A DNA stretch of 39,265 bases from a virus (taxonomy: Duplodnaviria > Caudoviricetes), in IMG/VR virus record IMGVR_UViG_3300030390_000257, positions 1 to 39,265 of that record; one strand, 5' to 3'. Shown piece after piece: positions 18,901-27,430 of the stretch. Numbering within the stretch: the first letter of the stretch is position 1; every line of letters starts with the position of its first letter. Position numbers and translations under genes: made by a program. The notes beneath the pieces are model-generated. The model had not been told where the DNA came from. It was given only the letters and a program-made list of their open reading frames with translations, and did no database searches.

Positions 18901-19821
18901 TGCCGTATCTAATATGAAAGCATCCCCTGCACCATTGGTAGCACCAAGAAGCGACAGGGTCGTTGTTATTGCTGTATCGCCTGTAACTCTTTGGCTAGAC
19001 TCATTTGTAAATAAAGTCTCTAAACCAGTACCAGAAAACGACCCTGCAAGAATATCGGTAATAGCCGCAGCCCTAGTGGTAGATTCAGCAAGGATATCAG
19101 CAGATAAGCCATTAGTAATAGATGTAACCGATGCCGCATTAGTCGCGATAGTAGAAGCAAGACCGTTAGTGACAGAAGTAGATGAAGCTGCATTAGCAAT
19201 AATATCTACAGCTAAACCATCAGTGACTGAAGTAGCCGAAGCTGCATTAGCGGTAATATCAGCGGCTAAACCATTAGTGACTGAAGTAGCCGAAGCTGCA
19301 TTAGCGGTAATATCTACAGCTAAACCATCAGTGACTGAGGTTATAGAAGCTGCATTGGATATAATATCTGCTGCTAAACCATCAGTGACTGAAGTGATAC
19401 TGGCAGCATTGGATATAATATCTGCTGCTAAACCGTCAGTGACAGAAGTAATTGAATTGGCACTGGCTATAATAGCTGCTGCTGAAGTAGCTTCGCTAGT
19501 TGCTACGGCCGCTGCTGAAGTAGCTGCGCTTGTTGCTATGGCTGCTGCTGAAGTAGCTTCGCTAGTTGCTATGGCTGCTGCTGAAGTAGCTTCGCTAGTT
19601 GCTATGGCTGCTGTGGTATTGGCATTTACATCAGTACCACCACCTTCTGCTAATGTATTAGTAGTGTCAGCCGCTTCCTTTTGAGTAATCAGGGCATTCT
19701 CTATGCGCTGTAGCTCATCGTCTAAGTATCTCTCATTGGGCTCAGACAAAAGTTTATTAAGTGGCTTTTTTAGTTTAGGTTTAATGTGTCTCTTATATCC
19801 AAGAATAGGAAGATTTGCCAT
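15913..19821 (-). CDS. Very long coiled-coil tail needle/fibre with a DUF1983-like segment and C-terminal beta domain
   Basis: 1302 aa of Ala/Thr/Ser repeats. Segment KYGVKLNVNGYVTGF...FKIMANEF. Follows the tail stabilisation gene. Confidence 0.75.
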   Translation of the reverse strand: MANLPILGYKRHIKPKLKKPLNKLLSEPNERYLDDELQRIENALITQKEAADTTNTLAEGGGTDVNANTTAAIATSEATSAAAIATSEATSAAAIATSAATSAAAVATSEATSAAAIIASANSITSVTDGLAADIISNAASITSVTDGLAADIISNAASITSVTDGLAVDITANAASATSVTNGLAADITANAASATSVTDGLAVDIIANAASSTSVTNGLASTIATNAASVTSITNGLSADILAESTTRAAAITDILAGSFSGTGLETLFTNESSQRVTGDTAITTTLSLLGATNGAGDAFILDTATTQVSATESLGTRLTAIQTTTGANTASISAETTARTNDVSALTTQVNNMIATVNNAAGNNATQVNAAAIATESSVRATEDTAIANTVTALTATVSGNTSAISSEQTARATADTSLASDITALTATVGTNAAAIVSETTARANADTSIASDITALTTTVGNNTAAVLAETTARTTADTSLASDITSLTTTVGNNTAAITSESSARTTADTSLASDITALTTTVGTNTAAITSESSARTTADTSLASDITALTATVGTNTAAVVAETTARTTADTSLASDITSLATTVSGNTAAITSESTARSTADSSIASDLTALTTTVGSNTSAIVAETSARSSADSSIASDITALTTTVGNNTAAIVSETSARTTADSSLASDITSLTTTVGNNTAAISSESSARTTADASIASDVTALVTTVGNNTAAIVAETSARTTEDTSLASDITALTTTVGNNTAAITSESTARTTADSALATDITGLAATVGTNTAAIQTESNARANADTSLAASITSLTATVGTNTSAIVAETSARTTADNSIASDITALTTTVGENTAAVVSESTARTNADTSLASDITSLATTVGTNTSAITSEQTARTNADSSLASDITALTTTVGENAAAIVAETSARTTADSSIASDVTALTTTVGENTAAVVAETTARTNADTSLASDITALSTTVGENTAAVVAETTARTNADTSLASDITALTTTVGENTAAVVAETTARTNADTSLASDITSLTSTVNGVSAAVTTEASTRASADTTAANGIATLEAKYGVKLNVNGYVTGFEQNNDGTTGSFKIMANEFKLIDPTGGANQSGLAAFTYSNNVVSLGSGVKLTADSIIAGELSADRIKLDGSFLSVVNGELVVTGAPGIPDPVVVDTQTGNTDASVTVTRTANSTVSIGVNWSLARKFNAASYEPGNPFPATVTLKRGSTTIKTWTITGIFTNGSSQHGEPFLAFGHVSANWYDTDNGSGSTTYTLSATTLNTSNFNLETQLSVQTGA
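16615..18630 (-). repeat. Coding tandem repeat, about 21 x 96 nt (32 aa; TTTVGNNTAAIVxETTARTTADTSLASDITAL)
   Basis: Counted in the translation; 21 x 96 = 2016 nt matches the boundaries. Confidence 0.9.
19100..19612 (-). repeat. Coding tandem repeats: 54 nt (18 aa, ASITSVTDGLAADIISNA) and 33 nt (11 aa, TSEATSAAAIA)
   Basis: Visible in DNA and protein. About 6-7 and 4 copies; boundaries approximate. Confidence 0.8.
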
Positions 19822-19825
19822 TTAA

Positions 19826-21445
19826 CTACCTCCTACCTGTAGTCAATACATCTGTATCAAAACCTAGGAAACTAAAGTCTTTTGTGTCCTCTACAGTCAT
19901 TTTGTAAGACAGATATCTGCCAGAGGCTCTTGTATCGATCTTGTAGTCTGTAGCACCGTCAAACGTAACGCTTAAGCCATAGACAGCTACGTCCCCTAGT
20001 AAATCTGCTGCACCAAAGCTAAAAGTAAACTGCTTGTTGGCATTTGTAGTGTCTACCTGCGGTACTATCTTAGAGATTACTTTGTACCCGGTGAGAGGAG
20101 ACATTTCATCTAGGTCTATACCTACGCGCTCTAGAAAAGGATTCTTGTTGGCTTCTGTGTCCAAGGGGAACGAGAGACTGCCAGAGTCACTTAAATCTAA
20201 GCCATATAACTTGTCTGAAGTTAGCCCATCCGTAGCATTAGATTCACCTACAAATATACTATGGTTGTCATAGCCTGCTTCCTGCGTGTAGTAGCTACCA
20301 CCTATAGTGTCATAGACAGACGTAGTACTTGCATAGGTCGTTGCAGAGCTAATGGTTCCTACAGTCGAACTAGCCACGTTAGGGAGGTCTGTGAATGACC
20401 ACGTTTGATTCTTATAGTTAAAGACAGCAGCCCTGTTACAACGGTCACCGTGAGTGTATTCAGCCATATCATCGCCTGATACGTAGCAGAACAACACTTC
20501 ATCTAAGTCAGGGTTATGGTGAACAAAACACCTGTCAGTTTTTGCTGTGTTAAGTCCAGAGAATATGTACTTCTTTACTCTCTCATCACAGATAGACTGC
20601 CGTGAGTGGGAGTCATGGACATAGATGTCATCATAGTCAAAAACGTAATGTGTTCCCTCAACCTCTGCAATACAGTTTTGGTTGATAACACCACAGTCAC
20701 TAAAGATTTTTCTAAAGTTATGAATGAATGTGCCACCCACGAATTCCATTAACCACACTTGGTCTTTGGCATAGACAATAAAATTAGTACCTAGGGTGAG
20801 CCCATCGACAATACCTGTTTTCATTTGTACCAGGTCATTGAATCCTGCCGACTTAGTTGTGTCTGAGGCATCCCACGAATCTGGGACTGAGTTAGCTAAA
20901 GCTAGGTTACTGAAGCGTACCCTGGAAGGAAAGGAAGTAGAGCCTTCAGTAATATTAAGTGCCAGGAGAAAATCACCATAAGACCTTACAGACTCAGCTC
21001 TCCAGGTGGAGTCCCAGTTTGGTAAGGTAGCAAAGCTACTGCCTCCATTTACCATGTACACAGGGACTTGGTCACGCCTATTAATGTAGGCTATGTCTGC
21101 AAGGCTAGTGCCTGTAAGGGGGCTTATGTTAGATGCGGTCGTAGAGATACTCCCTTGTAGGGATGTTATCGACCCATTGGTGTACTGCTTGATTGCAAAA
21201 GTATCAGAGACAATGACAACTGACGCATACCCACCACTACTGTCGGAAGGTATGGCATAAGTAAACCTAGGTTTAAAACCAAGGGAATCTTTAATAGTAC
21301 GGAAGACAGGTGAACGCCCTACCCGACTCTCATCGAATCTTACGTTCTTGCCCCTAGTAAAAGCATTGATAGGGAGGGACGCAGGACGTATGTCTGTGAC
21401 TACGCCTACGCCACCAACATCTCTGACCGGGAGTATCTGTCCCAT
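19826..21445 (-). CDS. Tail stabilisation / nozzle protein (P22 gp10 / tail tubular B-like)
   Basis: 539 aa, beta-rich. Motifs NAFT..KNVRF, RVRFS and RASGRYLSYK. Confidence 0.65.
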   Translation of the reverse strand: MGQILPVRDVGGVGVVTDIRPASLPINAFTRGKNVRFDESRVGRSPVFRTIKDSLGFKPRFTYAIPSDSSGGYASVVIVSDTFAIKQYTNGSITSLQGSISTTASNISPLTGTSLADIAYINRRDQVPVYMVNGGSSFATLPNWDSTWRAESVRSYGDFLLALNITEGSTSFPSRVRFSNLALANSVPDSWDASDTTKSAGFNDLVQMKTGIVDGLTLGTNFIVYAKDQVWLMEFVGGTFIHNFRKIFSDCGVINQNCIAEVEGTHYVFDYDDIYVHDSHSRQSICDERVKKYIFSGLNTAKTDRCFVHHNPDLDEVLFCYVSGDDMAEYTHGDRCNRAAVFNYKNQTWSFTDLPNVASSTVGTISSATTYASTTSVYDTIGGSYYTQEAGYDNHSIFVGESNATDGLTSDKLYGLDLSDSGSLSFPLDTEANKNPFLERVGIDLDEMSPLTGYKVISKIVPQVDTTNANKQFTFSFGAADLLGDVAVYGLSVTFDGATDYKIDTRASGRYLSYKMTVEDTKDFSFLGFDTDVLTTGRR

Positions 21446-21473
21446 ATTGTGTTCCTTAAGTTATACATTTTTC

Positions 21474-22244
21474 TTATGCTGTACGTTTCCACATATAGAC
21501 AACTACATAGGGCTGTAAGTTATTGTGGGCAGTACCACCACCAGTAGCCGCTGTAGTACTAGATTGACTTGCAGTTAGTGGTCCACCGCCTGTGCGGTTG
21601 TTAGACCCAGAGGTTGTCTGGTGGGCAGTAAATTCATGTGTATGACTAGGAATCTCATCTATAGACAACGTGTGTGTCTTAGCACCGCCTAACAGAACAG
21701 AACTACCGTCACCCGAAGGAGCAACAAAGTCAGTGTCTGGTTCAGCTGCATCATCATGTCCTACTAAGACTCTACCTTGTCCAAAGGATACCCAGGTACC
21801 ACCAAAGACTGTCTCTGGACTACCACTGGTAATAGCCGTATAGATAGCCCCTACCGGATAAATAGAGTCAAGGGCTGCAGCTTTCACTAAGCCCCATACC
21901 TCTAAAGCAGTAATACCTGTAGCCAATACAGGAGTAATTTCACCCTCACTATCTGTAAAAGCAGTGATAGCGGATGCTACAGGTGCAGTGATACCAAGAA
22001 GTGTCTTTACCTTGTCTGCTGTGATGCCTGTGTTAAAGGTGACATCGGTGCCATCAGAAACTAGTGCAGTCTTCTTGTTTAGTTCATCAGCTGACAAAGT
22101 CACTGGACCAGTAAGACCAGGCCAAGTAGCTTTGACAGTGGCCTTAATAAGACGTAAGTGGTCATCAGCCTGAGAGAGTGCGTCTGTAGCCGCAGGGTTA
22201 GCTGCATTGAGGCTATCAATGTAGGTGCCTGTTTCAAGTGCCAT
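21474..22244 (-). CDS. Short tail fibre/collar protein with baseplate gp10-C-like domain
   Basis: N-terminal DDHLRLIKAT. C-terminal YPVGAIY...GGTW...GRVLVG...GGAKTHTL..EIPSHTH...HNNLQPY..VYMWKRTA. Confidence 0.75.
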   Translation of the reverse strand: MALETGTYIDSLNAANPAATDALSQADDHLRLIKATVKATWPGLTGPVTLSADELNKKTALVSDGTDVTFNTGITADKVKTLLGITAPVASAITAFTDSEGEITPVLATGITALEVWGLVKAAALDSIYPVGAIYTAITSGSPETVFGGTWVSFGQGRVLVGHDDAAEPDTDFVAPSGDGSSVLLGGAKTHTLSIDEIPSHTHEFTAHQTTSGSNNRTGGGPLTASQSSTTAATGGGTAHNNLQPYVVVYMWKRTA

Positions 22245-22590
22245 TGGGGGAAATCCTGTGTGTGTGCGGTAGAGTTAACTAGAGTTAACTAGAGTGGTCC
22301 TGGGTGGGACCCTGGTCAAAGAAGGCAGACAACAACAACAACAAGTCAACCCTTTACCCTTGTTTTTGAAGTCCATATACCATTAGACCCATTGGGGGTC
22401 ATTTAGATAGCCAGGAGTCCCTGGAATCATAGACATTTATCCATATAGGCTCTGTGTCCCAGGTACTAAGGGCGATCGATATGTTATCGACCTCCATAAG
22501 ATGTGTTCGGTACCTGTCACATAGGACATTTGTGACTTATAGAAAAATATATTGGACTAAGGGTCTTTCTTTTGGTTGAAAATAGGGATG

Positions 22591-22691
22591 TAAACCCAAG
22601 TCCACCCAAGCTCCCTCAAGTCCTCTCAAGTCCACCCTAAGCTATCCCAGGTCAACCCAGGTAATCCCAGGTCAACCCAGATAAACTCAGG
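22591..22691. repeat. About ten degenerate 10-11-nt short repeats (e.g. TCCACCCAAG, GTCAACCCAG)
   Basis: Directly visible periodicity inside a ~1-kb non-coding region. Confidence 0.75.
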
Positions 22692-22846
22692 CAGCAAGCG
22701 TGTACATAAGGCTCAGAAGTCCACCAGGTTACGATTGAGGGGAGACCGATGTCACCCGGTGGACTACTGAGAACTAATAGGTATTACAATAGACATTACA
22801 GTGTATACATATGAAGTAAACTACGACGGTAGAACCCCACTGGTAT

Positions 22847-22871
22847 CTCTAAAGGGTGGACACAATAGAAT
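22847..22871 (-). promoter_or_regulatory. Phage RNAP promoter copy (upstream of the tail/virion block)
   Basis: Minus strand ATTCTATTGTGTCCACCCTTTAGAG; near-identical to the copies at 30513 and 33211. Confidence 0.75.
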
Positions 22872-23254
22872 TAGTGTTACTTACAGTATCTATAAGTTAC
22901 TTTTATCATTGTATAAGGTAGGTTCATATGTAGTCTATTGACTTGATAGTGACTATCAATGGGAGTATGGTGCGGACTTGTATCGGAGGGGCAGGAAGCA
23001 CTCCTCGTCAGTCTTGTTACTGGCATTCAAGGAGGCTCCTGTTCCTTCGGTACACTCACTACCACTAATTAGCTATAATAATACTACAAGTTGGTAGGAT
23101 TTAAATATTACACGAAATTACTTCTAATCATAGTCTTGATAACTACAATGCATTCGTGTAATGGATAAGTGATTAGTACAATGAGTTCCTGTCTTTAACT
23201 AACCAGGAACCCACGATACTTATGCTCTATATGATTGCCTTCACACTCTTAGCA

Positions 23255-23641
23255 CTAACTCTTATTAGCTTCGATAGTCTCAACAATTAGTTTATCTAAA
23301 TACCATTTAGCTTTCTCTAGGTCCTGGGTTACAGGTATGTTACCTGGGTCCTTGAGTCCTAGCCTCCACAGATACTTGATAATACATCCACGTAAATAAC
23401 CTTTGAACTCATCAGGTGTCATGGCTGCCTGCATTGCATCGATACACTCTATGCTGCCATTAGTGTAATGGCTTGGGTTGATGGGTGTGTCCTGCTTGTT
23501 AAGAGCATGAGCTTCAGCCATAGCCATATCAATGTAAGGCTTGTAGTCGATACTCTCTGTCTTCTCTATTGCAGGGTGAGCTATCTTAAGTTTGTCCCAC
23601 TCTTCTGGGGATGCTGAGTTGATACCTAAGTAACCAGTCAT
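23255..23641 (-). CDS. DUF3310 / T7 gp1.7-like nucleotide kinase
   Basis: INPSHY...IECID...FKGYLRGCIIKYLWR...DLEKAKWYL signature. Confidence 0.85.
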   Translation of the reverse strand: MTGYLGINSASPEEWDKLKIAHPAIEKTESIDYKPYIDMAMAEAHALNKQDTPINPSHYTNGSIECIDAMQAAMTPDEFKGYLRGCIIKYLWRLGLKDPGNIPVTQDLEKAKWYLDKLIVETIEANKS

Positions 23642-23739
23642 TTCTTATCCCCAGTAATTATGATGATGAAATGGATAAGAGTGGCAGCAACAAACAGAAG
23701 GAAGAAGCTACTAGCTAATAAGTCAATCAACAAGTCCAT
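23638..23739 (-). CDS. 33-aa single-TM peptide (not in the ORF track)
   Basis: MDLLIDLLASSFFLLFVAATLIHFIIIITGDKK; AAGGAG RBS; overlaps its neighbours by TAATG and ATGA. Confidence 0.55.
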   Translation of the reverse strand: MDLLIDLLASSFFLLFVAATLIHFIIIITGDKK

Positions 23740-23945
23740 TAGTCTTCTCCTTGCGTTGGGTGCATCAGTTCAATGTGGTAGGCAGACCTGGCTCTATCTA
23801 ATGCACCATCAGCCACCTGTAGTGCTACATCAGCTGCCTTACGGTTAGCTCTAGCTCGATCTACATCTCTTCCTAACTGGTCTAAGCTTGGACGCATGTC
23901 ACTGAAGTGCGTCTTACTTAACAATGAATTACCTAATGAAGTCAT
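23739..23945 (-). CDS. Hypothetical protein
   Basis: 68 aa, AGGAG RBS, coupled to its neighbours. Confidence 0.55.
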   Translation of the reverse strand: MTSLGNSLLSKTHFSDMRPSLDQLGRDVDRARANRKAADVALQVADGALDRARSAYHIELMHPTQGED

Positions 23946-24172
23946 GAGTTATCTCCTGCTAATATTCGTTGTTTAGTTTCGAAGTTGCGACCATTACGTC
24001 GAGCCATTGCCTTCTTGTAGGCTTCTCTGTTGGTCGTATGATGTCGTGGTTTGTATTGCAGCCCATCCTCAAGACCTGCGTAGTAATTGGTACAGGTCTC
24101 TGTTATCTGTCTCTCGTCCAATAGCTTTCGAGGCTTAGTCAGCTGCAGGTTCTCTCTCCAGGTTAATATCAT
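23942..24172 (-). CDS. Hypothetical protein
   Basis: Likely start MILTW at 24172 with a GAGGTG RBS. Confidence 0.5.
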   Translation of the reverse strand: MILTWRENLQLTKPRKLLDERQITETCTNYYAGLEDGLQYKPRHHTTNREAYKKAMARRNGRNFETKQRILAGDNS

Positions 24173-24176
24173 CAGG

Positions 24177-24386
24177 TCACACCTCACATTCTTGACAAGC
24201 AGCAAACTTCTGCCACTCGTTCTGGGTGATACCACTGATTAAATACTCCCGGTCTTCAGCACTAAGGTCTGGACACACTTCCTGTATCAGCTCACCGTTA
24301 GCGTGACGTTTGAGTTGCTCCTGGGTAACATCGATGTCTCTCACATGAGTGATACCAGTCAGCAACGATACTTTAGGTACCATCAT
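24177..24386 (-). CDS. Small conserved phage hypothetical protein
   Basis: Start overlaps the exonuclease stop (ATGA). Motif LIQEVCPDLSAEDREYLISGIT..EW. Confidence 0.6.
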   Translation of the reverse strand: MMVPKVSLLTGITHVRDIDVTQEQLKRHANGELIQEVCPDLSAEDREYLISGITQNEWQKFAACQECEV

Positions 24387-25141
24387 CGTCCTGGCTCCCA
24401 CATGTTTATAGTCTCTGTATCCCAGTTCCAATCGCAGCTCCTTAGTATCCTGGCGCAGCGACTCTGGGCTATTGCATCCTCCCTGGTTAACCCGGCCTTA
24501 AGATAAGCCTGGAGTACCTGGTCCCAACTTGGATGGTTACCCAAGATACCTTCAGCTTTCTTTGGACCAGTCCCAGGTATGCCTTTATACCCATCTGTTG
24601 AGTCCCCGGTTAAACATTGCGTCAAGAAGTAATGGTTGGCATCGGCTTCAGTTACAGTCAGCAGCTCGTCAGCCATAGGTCTATACAGTTGTCCTGGGAT
24701 TGTCTTCATGTCTTTGTCACAAGACACAATGCAAGTAGGATGGGTGTTGGAGGACTGGAGAATACCCATGATGTCATCAGCTTCCAGAGTGTCCTGGACA
24801 TGACACTGGTAGACCTCTTGAGCCCATTGCACCAGGTACTTATAACCAACTGGCTTCCTGGTCTTCTTCCGACCACCTTTGTAATCAGGTAGCACAGTCT
24901 TTCTGAAGTTGTCGCCAACCGTGAAGCACACCAACATCTGCTCAGCTTTTAGCCTCTCAAGAAACCCTTGAAGCCGACTGTTAAACATCTTCTTAGCTGC
25001 ATCGACATTGGTCGATAGGGACCATATGTCCTCACCCCAATCAACCTCTTCTTCGCAAGCTGCAGCTGCCTGGTACAAGTACAAGTCACCATCAATCAGT
25101 AACGTAGTTTTATCTTTAGAGAAGCTCTTCAATGCGTTCAT
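24383..25141 (-). CDS. 5'-3' exonuclease (T7 gp6-like)
   Basis: Motifs LLIDGD, NFRK..YKGGR, LEADD, DKD and GDSTDGYKGIPGTGPKKA. Start probably 25141. Confidence 0.92.
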   Translation of the reverse strand: MNALKSFSKDKTTLLIDGDLYLYQAAAACEEEVDWGEDIWSLSTNVDAAKKMFNSRLQGFLERLKAEQMLVCFTVGDNFRKTVLPDYKGGRKKTRKPVGYKYLVQWAQEVYQCHVQDTLEADDIMGILQSSNTHPTCIVSCDKDMKTIPGQLYRPMADELLTVTEADANHYFLTQCLTGDSTDGYKGIPGTGPKKAEGILGNHPSWDQVLQAYLKAGLTREDAIAQSRCARILRSCDWNWDTETINMWEPGR

Positions 25142-25403
25142 TGATACCCTCCAGGAACTCTTCACCTTCGTCCGTAATTAACCACCGCTTACCAAAGGTT
25201 TCATAATCGACCTCAGTGGTTATGAGGCCACTGCTTGCAGCAACACCAATGAAAAAGGCTGCTTGTCTACTGAAGTTACTTTTTACTGTGAAGGGGCTTC
25301 GTTGGGCTTTATCCAAGAGAACATGGAAAGCCATGAGTTGGTCTAAGTCATTGTGGAATTCTTTTGACTCAGTGTGTTTCGCACCAGGTGCGTCCCACGG
25401 CAT
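25116..25403 (-). CDS. T7 gp5.7-like protein
   Basis: KSNFSRQAA..IGVAASSGLIT....WLITDEGEEFL resembles T7 gp5.7. Same position between gp5 and gp6. Start uncertain (25403 or 25334). Confidence 0.6.
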   Translation of the reverse strand: MPWDAPGAKHTESKEFHNDLDQLMAFHVLLDKAQRSPFTVKSNFSRQAAFFIGVAASSGLITTEVDYETFGKRWLITDEGEEFLEGINERIEELL

Positions 25404-27162
25404 ATTCTGCTTCGATTGGGAGTTTTCTATTGATTCCGAAATGCTCTCCTGCTTCTTGAGCCATTCGCTTAAGTATGTCACCGACATTGTGTGCTACCTC
25501 TTTGGTTCTACAGGCAATCTGGAGTTCATCGTGTACCCAGGCTACTATCAGGGCATCGTTCTCCAGGTTCTGTGCTTTAATCTCCTGGTCAACCAGGTAT
25601 AACCACTGCTTACATAGCAGGGCTCCTGCTGACTGAAGGAGTTGTGAAAGACATTTATGCTCTGACCTAATAAACAGCTTTCTGCCGTCTAATCCTTTGA
25701 GGTAACCGCGCTTGTATGCTTGACTTAGTTCGTTCTTAAGAGACTTGAAACTAGGGATGTTCTTATCGAACTCATTCTTGAATCTCTTACCATCTTTGGC
25801 TGAGCCACCCACGATTTTACCAATGAGGGCATCACCTCCACCGTAAAGAAGGCTGTAGCTGAAAGTTTTTGCACTATCTCTGTCAGGGAGTCCTGCACTG
25901 TTCTGAACGTAGGTGTGGATATCGCCTTCCATAATTTGCTTGGCGTACTCACCCCCATCCTCCAGGAAGAATGCCAGGCACCGCAGTTCCAATTGAGATA
26001 AGTCTCCACCACATAGGTGCCATCCATTGGGCACAGTGAATAGTTCTCTCATAGGTTTACCGTAGGCTGCCCTGGCTGAGACGCACTGAGCAACGTTAGG
26101 ATTACGATGACTAGCCCGGCCCGACACAGTTCCACCAGAGACAATGGTATGCCGCAGCTTGCCGTCTGAGTCCACCAACTTTAGCCAGGCTTGGCTGCCC
26201 TCAGCTAACTGGGCAATTCTCTTCTGTACTAACATGAACTTAGACAGTTTCTTGGCTTCAGGATATGGCAACTTCGACAGTACAGTCTCGTCTACTTTAG
26301 CCTCACCACTGGGGGTGAATGACTTAGGTTTCCAACCGTACTTCTTAACCAGGCATAGGTGTATATGCTTACGACTATTAGGGTTGAACTCAATGACTTT
26401 GACCTTTGTAAAGGGCTCACCTTTAACGTATCCCCTGGTCTTGTTGTTAGACTTAGGAACGAACTCAGTGTGGACTTCCCACGGCTCAAATAGCTCATAA
26501 AGCTCTTTCTCAAGCTCTATCCTGACAGTCGCTAACTCAACATATAAACTCTCTGCTGCCTTAACATCAAAGGTCCAACCGTTGTTTCCTACACGGTAGC
26601 AAATCTCAGCTAACTCATGCTCCAGGTCCAATGACTCCTGGGAGAAACCCTGGGCCATCTTCATCAGCTTTTTGTACAGCTCATGAGTGACATGGACATC
26701 CTGCTTGCAGTACTCAAGCATCTCAGGGTTGCAGTTCTCCCACCCACCCTCATAGTCACCCTTCATGGTGCCCATTCTAAGGCCCCAGGCTTTTAATGCA
26801 TGGCTGCCGAACATCCTACGTTGGAAACCTTCAGGTAACCCCAGGGAGGTTGCATCGTCATTCTGCAGGTCTGCAGCGACTAGGCGACTAATGACCAGTG
26901 TGTCTGTCACTTTACCTTTAGGCTTCCAGGACGGATAAACCTTTTGTAGTGCAGGGATGTCGAAACCAATGATGTTGTGGCCTATGATTTCATCAGCTTC
27001 TTGCAGTAAGTCCAGGGCTTCTTTGATGCCATCGGGACCATGGTAAATCTTAAGTGCGTTGACTCTTCTGTCAGAACATTTTGTATCGTGTATCGCTATA
27101 CAGTGAATTGTGTCTAGTTCGTGAAGTAGACCATTACTCTCCAGGTCAAAGACCAGGCTCAC
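25369..27162 (-). CDS. DNA polymerase A (T7 gp5-like) with 3'-5' exonuclease
   Basis: Exonuclease motifs FDLESNG and GHNIIGFD. Motif A DLSQLELR, motif B RDSAKTFSYSLLYG (Tyr at the Pol I 762 position), motif C WVHDE. Confidence 0.95.
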   Translation of the reverse strand: MSLVFDLESNGLLHELDTIHCIAIHDTKCSDRRVNALKIYHGPDGIKEALDLLQEADEIIGHNIIGFDIPALQKVYPSWKPKGKVTDTLVISRLVAADLQNDDATSLGLPEGFQRRMFGSHALKAWGLRMGTMKGDYEGGWENCNPEMLEYCKQDVHVTHELYKKLMKMAQGFSQESLDLEHELAEICYRVGNNGWTFDVKAAESLYVELATVRIELEKELYELFEPWEVHTEFVPKSNNKTRGYVKGEPFTKVKVIEFNPNSRKHIHLCLVKKYGWKPKSFTPSGEAKVDETVLSKLPYPEAKKLSKFMLVQKRIAQLAEGSQAWLKLVDSDGKLRHTIVSGGTVSGRASHRNPNVAQCVSARAAYGKPMRELFTVPNGWHLCGGDLSQLELRCLAFFLEDGGEYAKQIMEGDIHTYVQNSAGLPDRDSAKTFSYSLLYGGGDALIGKIVGGSAKDGKRFKNEFDKNIPSFKSLKNELSQAYKRGYLKGLDGRKLFIRSEHKCLSQLLQSAGALLCKQWLYLVDQEIKAQNLENDALIVAWVHDELQIACRTKEVAHNVGDILKRMAQEAGEHFGINRKLPIEAEYAVGRTWCETH

Positions 27163-27407
27163 AAGGACATCTCCATTTGAGAATAGTCATTGACTCTCTC
27201 ACCCTCTAAAGCCCATCTACCGATAGTAGTTCTTTTACCGTTGCGGTCTTTTACTTTGATGTCTTCACGAATTATGTCAAACCCGGCTTTTCTCAGGGAA
27301 TGTATGTGAGCCGATATTCGGGTAATACCCCAGAACCTAAAGGCATCTAAGCTAGTGATGCTGTTGCCTTCTTGCAGGAACGCTATAACTTTATCTTCTT
27401 GTGACAT
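27159..27407 (-). CDS. Winged HTH DNA-binding protein (HTH_39-like)
   Basis: SQ...FLQEGNSITSLDAF..WGITRISAHIHSLRKAGFDI pattern. Confidence 0.75.
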   Translation of the reverse strand: MSQEDKVIAFLQEGNSITSLDAFRFWGITRISAHIHSLRKAGFDIIREDIKVKDRNGKRTTIGRWALEGERVNDYSQMEMSL

Positions 27408-27430
27408 ATTGCTTCTCCTTAGTTTCGATT

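Noticed and set aside
16607-19684. Long plus-strand ORFs (279, 479 and 256 aa)
   Set aside because: Antisense shadows of the Ala/Thr/Ser repeat gene, which lacks codons that give stops on the other strand; no RBS.
16615-22691. CRISPR array in the 96-nt or 10-nt repeats
   Set aside because: The repeats are contiguous with no unique spacers, the long ones are protein-coding, and there are no cas genes.
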